A stretch of DNA of 64,000 nt, taken from Tubiluchus corallicola (taxonomy: Eukaryota; Animalia; Priapulida). The position numbers were made by a program, and so were the translations under genes. Below are positions 26,644-40,745 of the stretch, piece by piece. The DNA lies in assembly GCA_030141605.1 (NCBI GenBank), contig JAQGDQ010000041.1:124001-188000 (forward strand). Reading direction: 5' to 3'. The notes under the pieces are model-generated. The model saw nothing but the letters and a program-made list of their open reading frames with translations, was not told where the DNA came from and did not search any database. Position 1 is the first letter of the stretch, and each line of letters begins with the position of its first letter.

Positions 26644-27803
26644 TATGATTTTTATTTTATGAGGATAAAAAATTTATATCGAGAACAGTGACGGTGACAA
26701 AATAATGCCTTGTGCAATGCCGTTTTCAAACTTTTAAGCAACTATAATTACAAGCAATGAATCCGCTTTCGTTAGCTTCTCAGTTACACTGAATGCAAGC
26801 TGTAGCTCAATTACAATTTAACCAATTAAGTTTGAAGTTTAGCTCGAGGCTAAATTGCAACGGCTTCTATAGTTTTACACACTGTATAACGTTCCGAATG
26901 GTGTAAGGAACAAAAATCATATCTAACTCTTCGTAGCTTAAGCAACCTAGAATTTTGAACACGCCCTATAAGCTGCTGCCATATTGTACAGTTTTGAAAA
27001 CAAATTTGTTTTGTTCTCTGTGCCGTTATGGCCGCTTTTTGTCTAATGAAATTGTAACCTTTAGCGTATAGGTTCACAAAGACACAGTTAACCTCAACCT
27101 CTTTAACTCTCAACTGTGTCAACAGAAGTTTGTGTATTTTAAACCGAGATGGCGCGCTAAAAGCTTGACAATATGTTCCCTATTCTGTGTTGCACATTTG
27201 ACAAGATGAGTAGGAACATCTGTGTGGTGTTTGCCGGCGTTATTTAATAAATTAATAGACTCCACTTTGAATAAATTGTAACTAGCAGTGCAGCACATTA
27301 ACCTATGTACCTAATTAATTTCTGATTCGTATAGAAGCACAAATCAGCTGCTAATTGCTTTTAGACAAAATCGAATGAATTCAGATCCAAATCCGCGAGC
27401 AGGATCGAGTATCGCTTGATAAGCTGAAAGACTCCATCCAAACCTGCGTGCATGACCGTGTTTATCACTTGACTATGCCCGGTTCAATGAGGTTTAAGCA
27501 TGTATGGTTTACAGTGGCATTGTGCACTGTGCAAAGCACTCGTGACTAACTATCATTTGTCTATGCCTGGCCAGTGCAGTTACTTATATGTGACGGAGTA
27601 TTTTGCCCTAATTTTCACATTTTGGCTCCTATCTAAAGCCCTGAAATAATCCCATCTTTTTAACAATACTATTGTCTGAGAGCCTACTTCTACTTCAATT
27701 TGCGAGCTATTCCATGTTACAATGGGGTCTCACAGATCCGAGCTGCTAGCGGATAAAAAGAGACGAGAGAAGTATGACAGAAAAAGAGGGTGAGAATCAA
27801 AAC

Positions 27804-27810
<7 letters not shown>

Positions 27811-27853
<43 letters not shown>

Positions 27854-27860
27854 GAGAGAG
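27811..27860. repeat. (GA)n microsatellite
   Basis: Direct reading. Confidence 0.95.
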
Positions 27861-30800
27861 GGGGGGAAGAACCGCGTATATAAAATTATCAATTTACCAT
27901 CCTTACAATACGTCAACTCATTTTGCACGAATTCGTGACAAGCTGCACTAGTCTGAATAACAGCATTATCGATAATTAATAAATCACCTAGTTTTCAGGT
28001 GATACTTGATATACAACAGACTACCTGATAATTTGTGTCTATATTGCTTAAAGGAAACAGTGTACCATAAATGCACCATCATTTTGTGAATCCGCACGCG
28101 ATGTCATACAGATCGGAGCACTGCAGACCTTATTATCGGTTGTAGCTTTAGATATATTAAGATAAGCATGTTTCGTCGCTCGGAAATAGACCTAATTATT
28201 TTGTCACAAAATTAATGTATTATACCGACAGGAAACTTGTAACATTTCCAGCAAGATAAAACTGTGTGGGCAGCATGTTTGACTCCTTATTTTTCAATGC
28301 TCATGAGCTCAGCACTATCACCTCGGTGGCAAGTGAATATTTAACATCTATAAGGAAGAACTTCTAAGATTCGCGAGCGATCAACATAGCGTAAACTCCC
28401 GTTGTGACGGGAGAAAACTTTCGAAGTATCATTTTCCGGACACCAGCTCGAACGTGTTAAGCAACTGACTCATCACTGGGACGTATATGAGCTATCCTCT
28501 TAATTGAAAATTATGTGAATAATTGAATAAGGTGAGTGAATGGTCTCGTGATAAGTGCAATCATGTCATCAAAGGGCGACGATTATGAGCAATCGTTGCG
28601 TTTCTATCAGCATTAACCAACGTGATAGCTTTTCAGCCCTCTGCGCACTGATATCCCGCTTCCTTGAGTATTCACAATTAATCATGCGTCATTCATATAT
28701 CCGGGAATTTTAGCAGAAAAAAGTCAGAAATCTTGGCGTGGGCAAGCGTCATGCGGTGTAATGGCATCGGAGGCTAAAAGTCTAACATTGTCACACGCTG
28801 CTTGTGACATTTAAGATGTTTTACCTGCGCTGGAAACAGGAGGTAAAATTTCTAGAAAAAGGTGCACAATTTTTAACTCCCCGCTGATTAAGAAATTGTG
28901 CATTATAGACATACGGCTTGAATAAAATTTTCTAAAGGTTCAATTATAATTATTGACTGTTTTAATAAACAAAATTTTCACAACACAAAGACCGCAGAAA
29001 CGGCATGAGGTTTATGCTGTTTAAAGGCTTCCTGGAAAATTAAGAAAGCACAGGTCAGGGCAGTTTTGTAGTTTAAAAAATTCAGATATCTAAAAAACCA
29101 GAAAAAAATATTATCCTCTAGAATAAATATTAAGCACGGGGATTTTTTTTACAAATTTTGTGCGATTGTTCATGAAACACACTCCTTATTATTACAAGCC
29201 TTCTCTTTTTTATTTTAAGTTAAAATTTCCCTACATAAAACTGTCAAATATTGCATAGCGAACTTTCCAGGATTTCGCTTATCGTAATGTAAATAAATAC
29301 TAATCCTTAACCTACACAAGATAAATACGTGCAAATAAAAATGCTTAGATAAATCACAAAACTATGAAAAAGAAGGTTGTTGCGTTTTAGAGCCATACTG
29401 TCTTTTGCACGCGTACTCAGACAGTTATACTTCAAAATAAAAGTTTTGTTATTGCTAAGAAGGATGCGTTGAAAATTAACGATTGCCAACTGAACACTAT
29501 GAGTGGAACTGTACATTGCCGACTTTACTACAGTACCCAACTGCCTACCGGTTTGTGTCGCACTAGTTTATGCAGTTTTGCAAGAAGAAGGCAATAAAGA
29601 CAAGACTCGCAGTTCCTGAGCATCCCGCATCCGAGTACCTGAGAATCCACGTGTGCAGAGTCTGCAGACTCCTACGCGTGAGTGCTACAAGCAGCAAGCC
29701 GCAGAGCTACAATGCCAAAACCAAACTGCATGGTTTAATCAAGCAATAAAGTAATTATGCTCAATTTACTTCTATTTGTCAGTCTGGTTAACCGCGCTAT
29801 GACAATTATTATGTTTATACACACACCCCGTAACGGCTGCGCGTATCATAGTCGCCTATTTTGTATCAATAGTGTATTTATTAGTTTCGAGTTGGTGAGC
29901 AACTAGAAAAGAAACTGACAACACAATAAAATCATGCGCAGTAAAGCTTGACAACAAATCATGCAGCCCCGATTCAATAAACATAATAAAATAACTTATT
30001 TTCCCTTTAGTTGACACTCTCAATATGCCACGCTTACCCGGCCATAGATATGTAAACTATACCATTGACATAATTATATCTGTGAGCTCAACAATTTTTC
30101 CGCACGATATTTAGGAGGTATCGATGGATCCAAACAAAGATAATTGTTCCCTGAAACGTCTGTTCACAGATAAATGCGAGGAAACAAGCCCCTGACACGA
30201 TAAGAGATTTCATTTGTAATCATGATGAGAGCTAGAATAATTGAGATCCAAGATTAACATTCAACTTGTAGCCAAATAAAGCGCATTATACAGTTATGGT
30301 GGCGGCAATCCGTAATAATTGATGGGCTGAGAGGAAAGTTAATGTATCAAACGTAATATGTGTGCAAGTATACTGTGTCACTGTGTGAAAACTAAACATT
30401 TTAGATAACTTTTTAAGAATTTGGACTTTAGTAACTTACAATTATGAGTCATTATATAACGGTTTGAACCAACATAACCAGGTGCATACTGGTTATGAAT
30501 GTTTTAACATTTCAAGTGATCACATTTCCGTATAGTTTAATTTGAAACTATTTGTAACTGTTTCAATGGGACTGTCATCAGTCAATAAATTTACTAGTAC
30601 TCATGGCCTGTGTCATGTAATGTACGTGACAGTATACTTCTACATAACAGCGTGCACACTATTCCGCAATTTTAGAATGACACATGCACGGTAATGGCTC
30701 ATTTCAGTAATTTGTATTTTTCCAAACTCCGTTTTTAGATCCTCACAGGAATACGTGCGCGTGCATTCTAGCAGTAATGTGCTGCAGCTGTAAGAGCCGC

Positions 30801-33800
30801 AAAGTAACCGTATGACAGCCGACAACCCCGACACAGCGATAATCCTGAGTGATATTTTTAATATGATTTAGTTTCAAGATTCAACTAGTTACGGACTTGT
30901 AAGTAAACATAAGCTTCGTATAAATTTGAAGCGACTACTAACATTGAATGGCAAATTACGAAATCCAAGAAAAATTTCAGTAAAGGCAAACTCTGAAACA
31001 CTACATGGCAAATGTGCATATATTACATTTCCACATGGTACCTGTACGCTCAGTGCTTGTAAACTCAGCACCCTCTAGCTCGGTGCTCACAATCTCTGCA
31101 CCTACTAGCTCGGTGCATGCAATTTAGGCACTCATAGTCTTAGCTCTAGCGTTTGCGTTCAGTAGACATTTGCGACCAGCATTTGTCGACTATATACTAT
31201 ATCTTGGAGAGTATACACATGGTTGCTATAAGTTCTGAATGGTCTGCATAGATTGTAATAAAACGCTGAGCAAAGCGCAGAGTTGATGAATGTTAAGCGA
31301 ATTTTCGATTTTACAGAAAGCGATTTAGCGATTACAGTTTTTTCATTTTATTTATGCAGGCACTCTTCCTCCACCGCACAAAATTCGAAAATTCTTCCTC
31401 GATTGGCGGTCCCGGAAGATTTCATTGAAGTGCAAATTTCACACAGCTGCTGAGGGCCAAAAGTGGCGTACGCTATTTATCTGGGAGGAGAGCCATGCGT
31501 GATTTTTGGTACCCCATGCTGAACTGTCTTTCTTTGCGGAATAATTTGTGTCAGCAGTCCCACAAATCACATGTTAGGCACGGCGGAAGAGTCTGTTTAG
31601 TTACTGTTACGATTATTACGCATTCACACATTGTGTTTTTCTCTTCAATGTGAAAATGCCGTACTTAAGCACGATTCATGGTTACGCGCTAAATAACTGT
31701 TAAATTCAACAATAACTATAATAACCGTAATAATATTTGATTATTTAGCGAACAAACGCTTATACATCTGTTTCGGTTAGCATGATGAGGTGTTGATGGA
31801 ACTCGTATGCTTTCATTGCAAGATTAGTGTTACATATAAAGTGTGCTTTGATCTTTATTTTATCAGTTTTAAAAGAAATTACATCACAGGGACGACACGC
31901 CTTATGGAGAAGTGATAAAAGAAGAGAAAAGTTCCCCTATTGTGCTATTTATCCTCGAATTACACTCCACTTGATTTGTATGTATTGATAGGCTACTGTG
32001 CAGACAAGGATGCAGTAGGAAACCACAGATGAAACAATCAAGGAAACCCCAATCTTACATAAGACAACCCCTTTAAGTGAATGAGCTTGGCGGCAGCTAT
32101 TCCCTGGTACATTTTTTTTATAAACAATATAAGAATTACAAACCTGCTTCTATATAACATTACGTCACTTGAAGTCTTAAACTTTCCTTTTCCACTAATA
32201 TTTTAGGTAATGAACTTTTGGTGAGCGTTGGCTTCGATCATAAACCAGACCTTTACACTGTGCTTTATATTTATATTTAGTAATGTAATATTTCTCGCTC
32301 ACATACTATTATTAAACATGATCATTGACCACTTTGACCCTAGATCATAAGTTATTGACACCTTAACTGCATGCTACGTTACAGAAAAGTTTGTAAAATG
32401 TGATTAAACTACAGCCTTGTGCTTCAAAAATTATTTCAAATTTGTCTGTTCAAAACAAAGGCCTTCTGAGGACGGGCGCGACATTTTAATAGCTTATACT
32501 ACATACGGATGATTTGACTACTAGGATGCTTCCACAAGGTACAACAACCACACACAAAATTGCTGTTTAAACTTTTATCCAAAAAGCAACAAAAAGAAGA
32601 ACAGTTATGCTAGTTGACAACAGGAACATACTGGTTCGCAGGGCAAACTATCGCCTGCGACCTACGGTCAAAAGGCTGGCGTCAGTAGACATTGATCAGT
32701 TTTTACGATTATTATTCAACTCCTTCTAGACCACTGGGCTAAATTAAAAATGCTTTCACAGTACTGCCAAGAAGATATTCATTAAGCAGTGTTCAGAAAT
32801 TTGGGTAAGGCAAGTTCCAAGACAGGGGCCAAAATGTAAAATTGGGGTGCCCAGTTTTATGAGTTTTTATATTTATAAAGCTATTGACACGCGTAGGCAG
32901 AGGGGAACTATGTTTATACATGACATGATAGCGTTGTGTCATGGGCTCCTGAAGCAGGTGGATCATCATAATTTTTCCCATTAGGCTCTGACCTTTTTAT
33001 AGTTTTTGATCTAGGATCACAATATTTAGTGACTAAAAGGGGTCGAGTCCTTGTGCATGATTGCTGATTAAATATGGGTCATGTGCATGTGAGATTTTTT
33101 TTGCTATTGGCGAAAGCAAAAGGGAGAGCAGGTACAGATATTTTTCCATTGTTCAGTAACAACTGATTTTAGTAAATCAAATTAACTGTCTCGACAAGAG
33201 AACTTGAATAGTATAGGTTGACCCAAGATTGGTTGACCCCGCCTAACTCACTGATAACGGGCAAAAAGTGACTAACTGAGGAACACTGTCAACCATTCCT
33301 GAGACTAAAAGCTTACAACAGAACAAACACCTATTTGTATAACGAAATTTTTTAGAAAAGCAAAGTGACTCCAGGTAATAAAAATGTTGAGTTTTAAGCA
33401 TTTTGTTATAAGGCTCCAAACATGGCAACCTTCTTACAACGTTAACTAAATAATGACATAGTTGCAAGGGTACTAGACCTTAATAATTGCCATTTTACAC
33501 ACTGTTTACCAGCATTGGCGAATTAGTGAGCGTTTTCGTAAAAATTAGAATTCACTGGAACCGCTTGGGTGGTGGAAGTAGTTTTGAGAGGGCGAACACT
33601 TAATTAGAATAATAGTCCCAGAGTAAAAAATATTGCTCTACGCATCGCTACACTAACCAACACACTTATGTGCTTCAGATGGTTTTCTATGTTAGAATTT
33701 CAACTGGTTATTCAACACCAAATAAGCGCATAATTACGATATAACAACATTATTTATGCGCAATTTATTGCGCAGCCACGCACGCAAAAATCAATAATTG

Positions 33801-36800
33801 ATGAGCATTGTGAGTTTATAACAGTTTCCGTTGGGTTGTCAGCTGAATAAGGTGTTGCAATAGTCTGATATGATAGGGTCTGTCAAAAAAGCAAATGAAA
33901 GGTCCAGCTAGAAATACATAACTACAAACCGAGTTTCTTAACTACTAAACGATATTGTTTCTTGTTATTTATTTAAGCAACTAACCCAATGTATCTATTG
34001 TATTACAATAATTCGAAATAAAGATAAATATATATAATTTTTTAGGCTTGCAGTACTTGATCGCTATCTTATGAGAAAATATTGTCGAGAAGACATTTTA
34101 TGGATGTAGATCGACAGCTATTTTTATTTTATTTTTTGGATAGTTTTTTATTTCATTTTGTTAATAAAAAATATAAAATATAAGAAAATATAAAAATATG
34201 CTGTAGACGTACGTTGCTATCAAAGCTGGTTTTATCTAAGCAAGTGAATTAAATAACTTTATAAATTTAAAAATGTATAATTATAACTACTGTAGTAAAA
34301 CTCGGCTGTATTTACAAACGCCTTTTTAATAAAATTTGTATCAATTAAAAGAGCTGAACTAATTTCATGTAACAAGGATTTGAATAATAATATTTATTCT
34401 TATATAAGTAACTTTCTATTTTTTATTTATTAAATATTACAAAATCTAGATATTTTTATGACGCAACGTTAAACCAGTCCTATAGGCCAATTAGGCTAAA
34501 GCCTTTATAGTATGCTGTCACCTTAGTTAGTTTTGTCAATGCATGTGTAACAACGACAGTATGATGCCTCAGAGATTACTTCAATGCAATATGAGTTTTG
34601 GGCCTTTTTATTTGTTTCGTTCCTTACGTCTCACTTCATTTGTTTCTTTGTACTTTAACATTTATTTTAAATTTGTTTTGTTTTATTTTTTGTAATTTAT
34701 TCTTATTACAGTTTATTTTTGCATTTTTTATTTTACTTCACTTTCTTTTACTGTTTGAGGAAATGTCGACAACATTTTTTATTATCTAGGAATTTACAAA
34801 TTTTGTCCCACACACTTTTTCCACTTTAAAGTTAAGTTTGAAAAATCGTGTCAGTTGTTGAGGATATCACACCTGACCATATACTGTTCTCAAAATCAAC
34901 CTTGTGGGGTATCGAACTGCAACAACAACTTGGAAACTACCGCTTTTGACGTGTTGGTATACCGTAAAAGGACCGTAATTAAATCATGACTAGGTAATAC
35001 AGTGGATATACACCCATTTGCGTGTTATTTGTAATCATTTATACCAGGCAGTATCTGTCTATGTATTTGTTAATTGTTGCAATTTAATTATTAATAAGAA
35101 AATGAACAGGTGTGTAGAAAAGCAAAAAGATCTGGAATTATCCAGCGTCTGGATGATAACAACCAATTAGCGTCAATCAATTTATCAGATGTATGTGGAC
35201 ATAATTAACTTAGGGCCCAAGCCTACTGCTACGCTAAGTTACTGAAGCTTGAAATGGCGGTAACAGACGTACGAATAAACCGAACCAATGTCCAGTAAGT
35301 AACACCAAGAAGTGCTACAAAATTTCTAGTAAGCTTTGTCACCCGTGACGTTTCTAGGCACTGTTCCTGTAATATAACGAAAATGACTGAAATCCATGGT
35401 TTCACAGTCGTCCATTGAATCAATGAATATTTTCTCTTGATTACTAGCATTAGGATGATTTGCTTAATTCTAGAGCTGCCTTTGTTAACATTTGACACCT
35501 GTAAAAATCATATATTCATTATTATATACATGTAAAATCACATCTGTAAAAACAAGGGTTCTACTTTTCAAGACACATGAAAGTCATGTACATATCTTTA
35601 CTATACATTGGTGTACAATTGTACAATATATAAGTGTTTAATTATGAATGAAAAGTTTGAGGTAACAAACAAATTTTAAACTAGTGAACTTGCCTGAGAA
35701 AATAGTAACCGCTACAAAAATGGTCTAAAATGTAGAAAACGCATTAACGGTCGGAGCTCTACCTCATTGGGCGCCCCAGATCCATGCTCTAACTGCTTTT
35801 TTGTTGGGCCCACCATTTTTCTAAAGCCTGTATCCGCCCCTGATGTCCATTACGTCTATTACAGACACTGGACAGGCAAAATTCTAAAATAAAAAATCTT
35901 TCCTCACACCAGATTAACACTGTTGATCACCCACTAACCAAGGTCAGCGTTGCTTATCCTCACTCCTAAAATAATGATGACATAATGATAACGACGATGA
36001 CTGCGACGACGATCATGATGATGTTGATGAGACTTTAATAAAGGCGACACTAAAATCCCGATATTTTGCCAGATTCTACCTGTGTTTTCGTTCTCAAAAA
36101 TCGTGTCAACACACAAAATTTGAAAATCTTTTTTGCATTAACGCTTCATGTTTCACCAATCCACCGTACCTGGCTACTTAATTAATATTAGAATTTTGTG
36201 CATTTACCTGTGCAAACTGGCTTCAATTTATTTGCCTATGCTACAGAGTTAATTTAATTCGCACTATTTACACAACTTAATGATCTCTTTCGTTTGCAAG
36301 TAGCAGATAACAGGCGTATTTAACCGATCGCAAATTCTCATTTCCCTGTCACGCTATGTATATGTAATCTAGAGACACCTGGGCTAATACGTACCGCTTG
36401 TGCTATTCAAAATCTTGTCCAATAATAATCAAATCAAATCGTGTCCTGTAATGATGAACGCCTGCGCAATCATTAAGCTTTACGCAATGAGTTACGTGCA
36501 TTCGTCTATGTAAACGGTGGAAAATTTTATTTTAAACTCTGGCAAAAACAGGCCAACGCAAACTTAGACTGAATTAACGTTAACTTGTAACGCACCTGAA
36601 CCTAAATCATGGAAATACAAATATATATACATCTTAATTAAAAATACCATTCTGTATAATTTTACGCTATTGACAGGAAAAAAGCAACACACAAAAGAGC
36701 TGCCCAGAGTCGAAAGATAATAGAACCCGTTTTTCTTTTGTCTCACACGGATTTTGGCATACTGAATTAGTCTATGAGTGAATTAGTCACAGAATTACTG

Positions 36801-36889
36801 TGTGCTTTTAATGGATTAGAAATGTGATTGAAAGTGCGCGCCTAGCTAGGTGAACTAGGTGGACTATTATAAAATTACGATTATTACTT

Positions 36890-37260
36890 AGGTATAGCTA
36901 ACGACTTTTCATTTGGGAATGATATGTGAGAATGGTCCAGGCTCGAATCCTCGGTCATTGTTTTATAGTGGGTCGCCTAGGTACACAACGAGCAGCAATA
37001 GCTTGTGTATATCAAATGAAAGGCCTCGGTGAGACAAATCGAATGGTTTAGGTTACAATGAGACGGATTGACCGTGATCTCATTAGCAGGCGAAATAGGC
37101 GGGTCAAATGCTTCTAGTGCCAAGCGACACTAGCTTGCAGTGCATCAAATGAAAGCTCTCAATAAGATGAGTTGAATGTCGTGAGATGAGAGAGATTGGC
37201 TGACCTTTGACTCATGAAGAATCACTGGTCAAAAAGCTACAATTTGCTCATTGCAAAGCC
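36890..37260 (+). repeat. SINE head relic plus interspersed repeat with internal duplication
   Basis: B-box GGCTCGAATCC at ~36940; two copies of TAGCTTG..ATCAAATGAAAG...GAATG (~37000 and ~37130). Confidence 0.4.
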
Positions 37261-38039
37261 AAATTCCTAGATAATCAAGCAAAAATATTGTGACGTCCAA
37301 ACAAAACATGCTGTCATTTCAAAGTCTAATTCTGTAGCTATATACGTTGCTTTCAAAATCTTCTGACCATATCAGAAACATTGTCTATTGTACTTACTTA
37401 CTTTTGCGTCTAAGCTCCAACATGTTACATCCAGACTTTGTCACCTACTTTGGCTACGTTTTACTGAACAACGTTTCGAATAAAATATTACTACTTGAGC
37501 TACCTCATGAAGAGGCACCTGATTATATTTGTGACAGATTCACCCCGCAAATTCGTGGGATATGAACCTTTTGCTTACAGTTCCTAGAGCGCGCTGCTCC
37601 ACGCACTATGTATGGAACAGTTTAACTACCAACATCACAACACTTTCTCACTTATCCACATTAAGTGGCGTTTATGTAGCATCCGGATGCTGATGCGCCT
37701 TGGGTGCGGAATAGGTAAAATCGGTTTATATTATTTTCAATGCACCCATTTATGCAGTCTGCGTATGCGTTATTCTTTTTCTGCAGCTATTCCTACCGCT
37801 TAAAAACAGATAAAAACTTACTTATTTAAAACAGCATTCAATTTTACTTAAAGAAATCATTAATAATTAGTCGTTGTGATATACATGTATTTTATGAAGC
37901 TATGCGTTTTTAATTTCATGGTGGTTTTATTATTATTATTATTATTGCTATTATTACGTCGGATTTCACGTTACGTATGTGTGTGAAATTGGTGCTCACT
38001 GCTCAGTAAGTTTGGTACAGTAAACTTGGTCCTGGGTTC

Positions 38040-38830
38040 TCAACAACGAGAAAATTTTATTACCAGGAAAATTTGGTACTAGAAAATTTTAGTACAGGGA
38101 AATTTTGATACTGAGAAAATTGGGCATAGGGAAATACGTTACTGGCAATTGCAGTACATGCGATGTTTAACCAAGAATTTTTGATACAAAAAAATCTAGT
38201 ATAAGGCAAAATGGCATGGAAATATCATTTATAATAACGTACTCGCTAAATTATAGTGGTTCATATTGCTGCATTTGTTTTTTGTTTGTTATTTGTCATT
38301 GTTGTTGTTGTTTATCTGTTTCTTGCTCGCTCTTTGTTGCGATCATCATCATAATTGACGTAAACAACAGGCGTTACTTTTGTCGTATTGTATCTGTTAC
38401 CATCACCACTTTTGTTTATTTTTGCTATTGCTATTGTTGTCGTTGTTATTACCGATGGTGTCGTCGTGGTTGGTGTTGTTGTTGCTGCTTTTATTGTTAT
38501 TTTGCTGTTGTTTGTTTCTTGCATGCGCTTTGTTATCATCATCGTCATCATTGCTACTGTAATTGTTACATTTGTTCTTTCCTTGCTGTTGTGGCAATTA
38601 TTTTGTAATGAGATACAGAAATGGTCTCTCTTTTGTTTAGTACCACGTTTTCTAGTACTAACTTTCCTAGAACGAAATTTTCCAAGACCCATATTTTCTT
38701 TGTAGCAAAACTGCTTCACATCACAGTTTTTTAGTACTAAACATTTATGGTTCCATATTTTCCTTCTACGAATAATAGATTTTCCTGGTAGAAAAAATTC
38801 CTTGTACCTAAAGATCACAATAGCAAATTC
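38040..38830. mobile_element. Foldback-like element: inverted arms of ~17-18 bp tandem units around a TTG-rich core
   Basis: Left-arm units resemble GGAAAATTTGGTACTA (38051-38215); right-arm units are their reverse complements, e.g. TAGTACTAACTTTCC (38630-38815). Confidence 0.55.
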
Positions 38831-40167
38831 ACTGTATCAAACATTCATGACCCCCCACCCAAAAAAATGTTATAAAGATGTTTCTGTAAATCTATAAAAA
38901 ATATTAAATATTTAAAAAAAAATTCTTCAGGTCACAAATGTGTTATATAATAGCCGGTTTACATAGACGAAATGTACTGAATGTTGCGCAATGTTTACAA
39001 CAGCTTAACTTCAGATTTATAACATAGTGCTGCCATCTTAGGGAAGACTTTTCAACAGTCTGTTTTTAAGCGGACCAGTGCAATTTAAGGAAACATGATC
39101 AGGAAATAGACCCAGTACTCGGACTTTTCGTAGGCTATTGCAAGTTTTCTTAGTTATGTAGAATATATTTGTCATACGTTTGCGCCTACTCTTCACAGCA
39201 GAGAAAATTGTTTTAAACATATACAGCAGCACGAAATGCGAATCATTCAAGTTACTCGCTTATTGCTTATTGAGTTTTTTCTATATCAAACTGCTTGGAT
39301 GTGCCATTTAAAACTACATTTATCATTGTCATGATCCGTTTTTTCACAAGAATTTAATATACCAAGTAACTCTATTGCGACGTTACAATATCACCTTCCT
39401 CGTAAAAATTTGTCTTTCTATTTCTATGTGTTAACATAACTCGTTAACGTTAGTCAACAACTGAAAAACTTACAAAGCAGCAGTAAAAACATTAAAACGA
39501 ATAGAAGCAGAAAAAGCTTGAAGATTAACTTATCCCTCAAATATCCCTCCATGTAACAGCAATTCACAAGCTACATACACCTATATTATTTGAACATTTT
39601 GCATTTAACTACCTCTAGATAACAATGCTGTTCAAATACCTTAGGGAACAAGCCTTATAATTTACTCTCAGACCGCCTACTCTTAAACATACAATAAAAT
39701 TTCAATGTGTGTTTTTTGTGATAGGTGCAGAGAGGCAACAGAAGTGGAAAGCAGACACAGCAGTTCTACTGCAAAATACAGAATTGACAAGCTAGGCATC
39801 AATGCAATCATCATTATTAAAAAAGCAATGCTACCATTGACCAAAGTAGGTAATACGACGACAACATTTGTAATCATAAAAATATAATTTTTTCAAAAGT
39901 GATAAATATAATCTATTATACATGTAGTTGTCAAAAAATTTGTACTGTAGTGTACCAAAGTAAGAAAAGTCAATTCAATACAAATTCAATATGAATAAAA
40001 TTAAATTTACTATTTATGGAATAAACGCACAGTTATTGAATCATGCAACAAAAACTTAACTGAAGAATAGGATTTGTGAAAAAGTTGGGACTGACCTTCA
40101 ATTTCAAACAAGGAACTTTGAATTTGTAATTTATTGGATTACAACTCAAGTACCATATCTCTAGACA

Positions 40168-40240
40168 GCTGTGTAGTCTGATGGTCATGATGTCTGACTT
40201 GTAACATGTCTATGGTTCAAATTCAAGCTCAGAACTTCTT
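40168..40240 (+). mobile_element. tRNA-derived SINE head relic
   Basis: A-box-like TAGTCTGATGG and B-box-like GGTTCAAATTC; no cloverleaf. Confidence 0.4.
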
Positions 40241-40745
40241 ATTCACATTTCCTTCTTTTCACTCAAGATTGGTTTGAAAATTTGATATTATTTTGGATTT
40301 ATCTTATCATTAATAAATAATCTTAAAATTAACAATAGAGATAATTTTAAAATTTATTGTGTATTGCCATATGAAATCTACAAAGTCAATTTTATTAATA
40401 CTAATAAGTACCATTTGCATTGTTCAGTTAAATAAAATAAATGTATGATACATTTTATAATTACCAGAGACTTTTAATTAATTGTTTTCATTACATAACA
40501 AAACAGATTTTTAAATCACATGTTCATTTTATTCATGTATAACAAAATTTATAATTTATGTACAAGTAAACCTACTAATACAAAAGTTAAATTAAATTCA
40601 TAAAACGTTGCCACAATCCAACATAGCTAACAGGCTATCCATGATCGTATGCACAGACAAAAAGCAAGATTAGCCATTCTAGAAAAAATTTAAAATAACA
40701 ATAAAACAGAATTTAAAACAAATGGTCAAATACCAAATGCAAATG

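Noticed and set aside
30640-30834. RLLCG-containing ORF as a CHIC exon
   Set aside because: Lacks the CHIC Cys run (CGCLCCCC) and flanking similarity; no other CHIC exons were seen.
38216-38818. Overlapping 60-168 aa ORFs
   Set aside because: Products of the TTG/TCA low-complexity core.
39683-39887. Short ORFs downstream of HDAC8
   Set aside because: No motif and no coherent splice chain.
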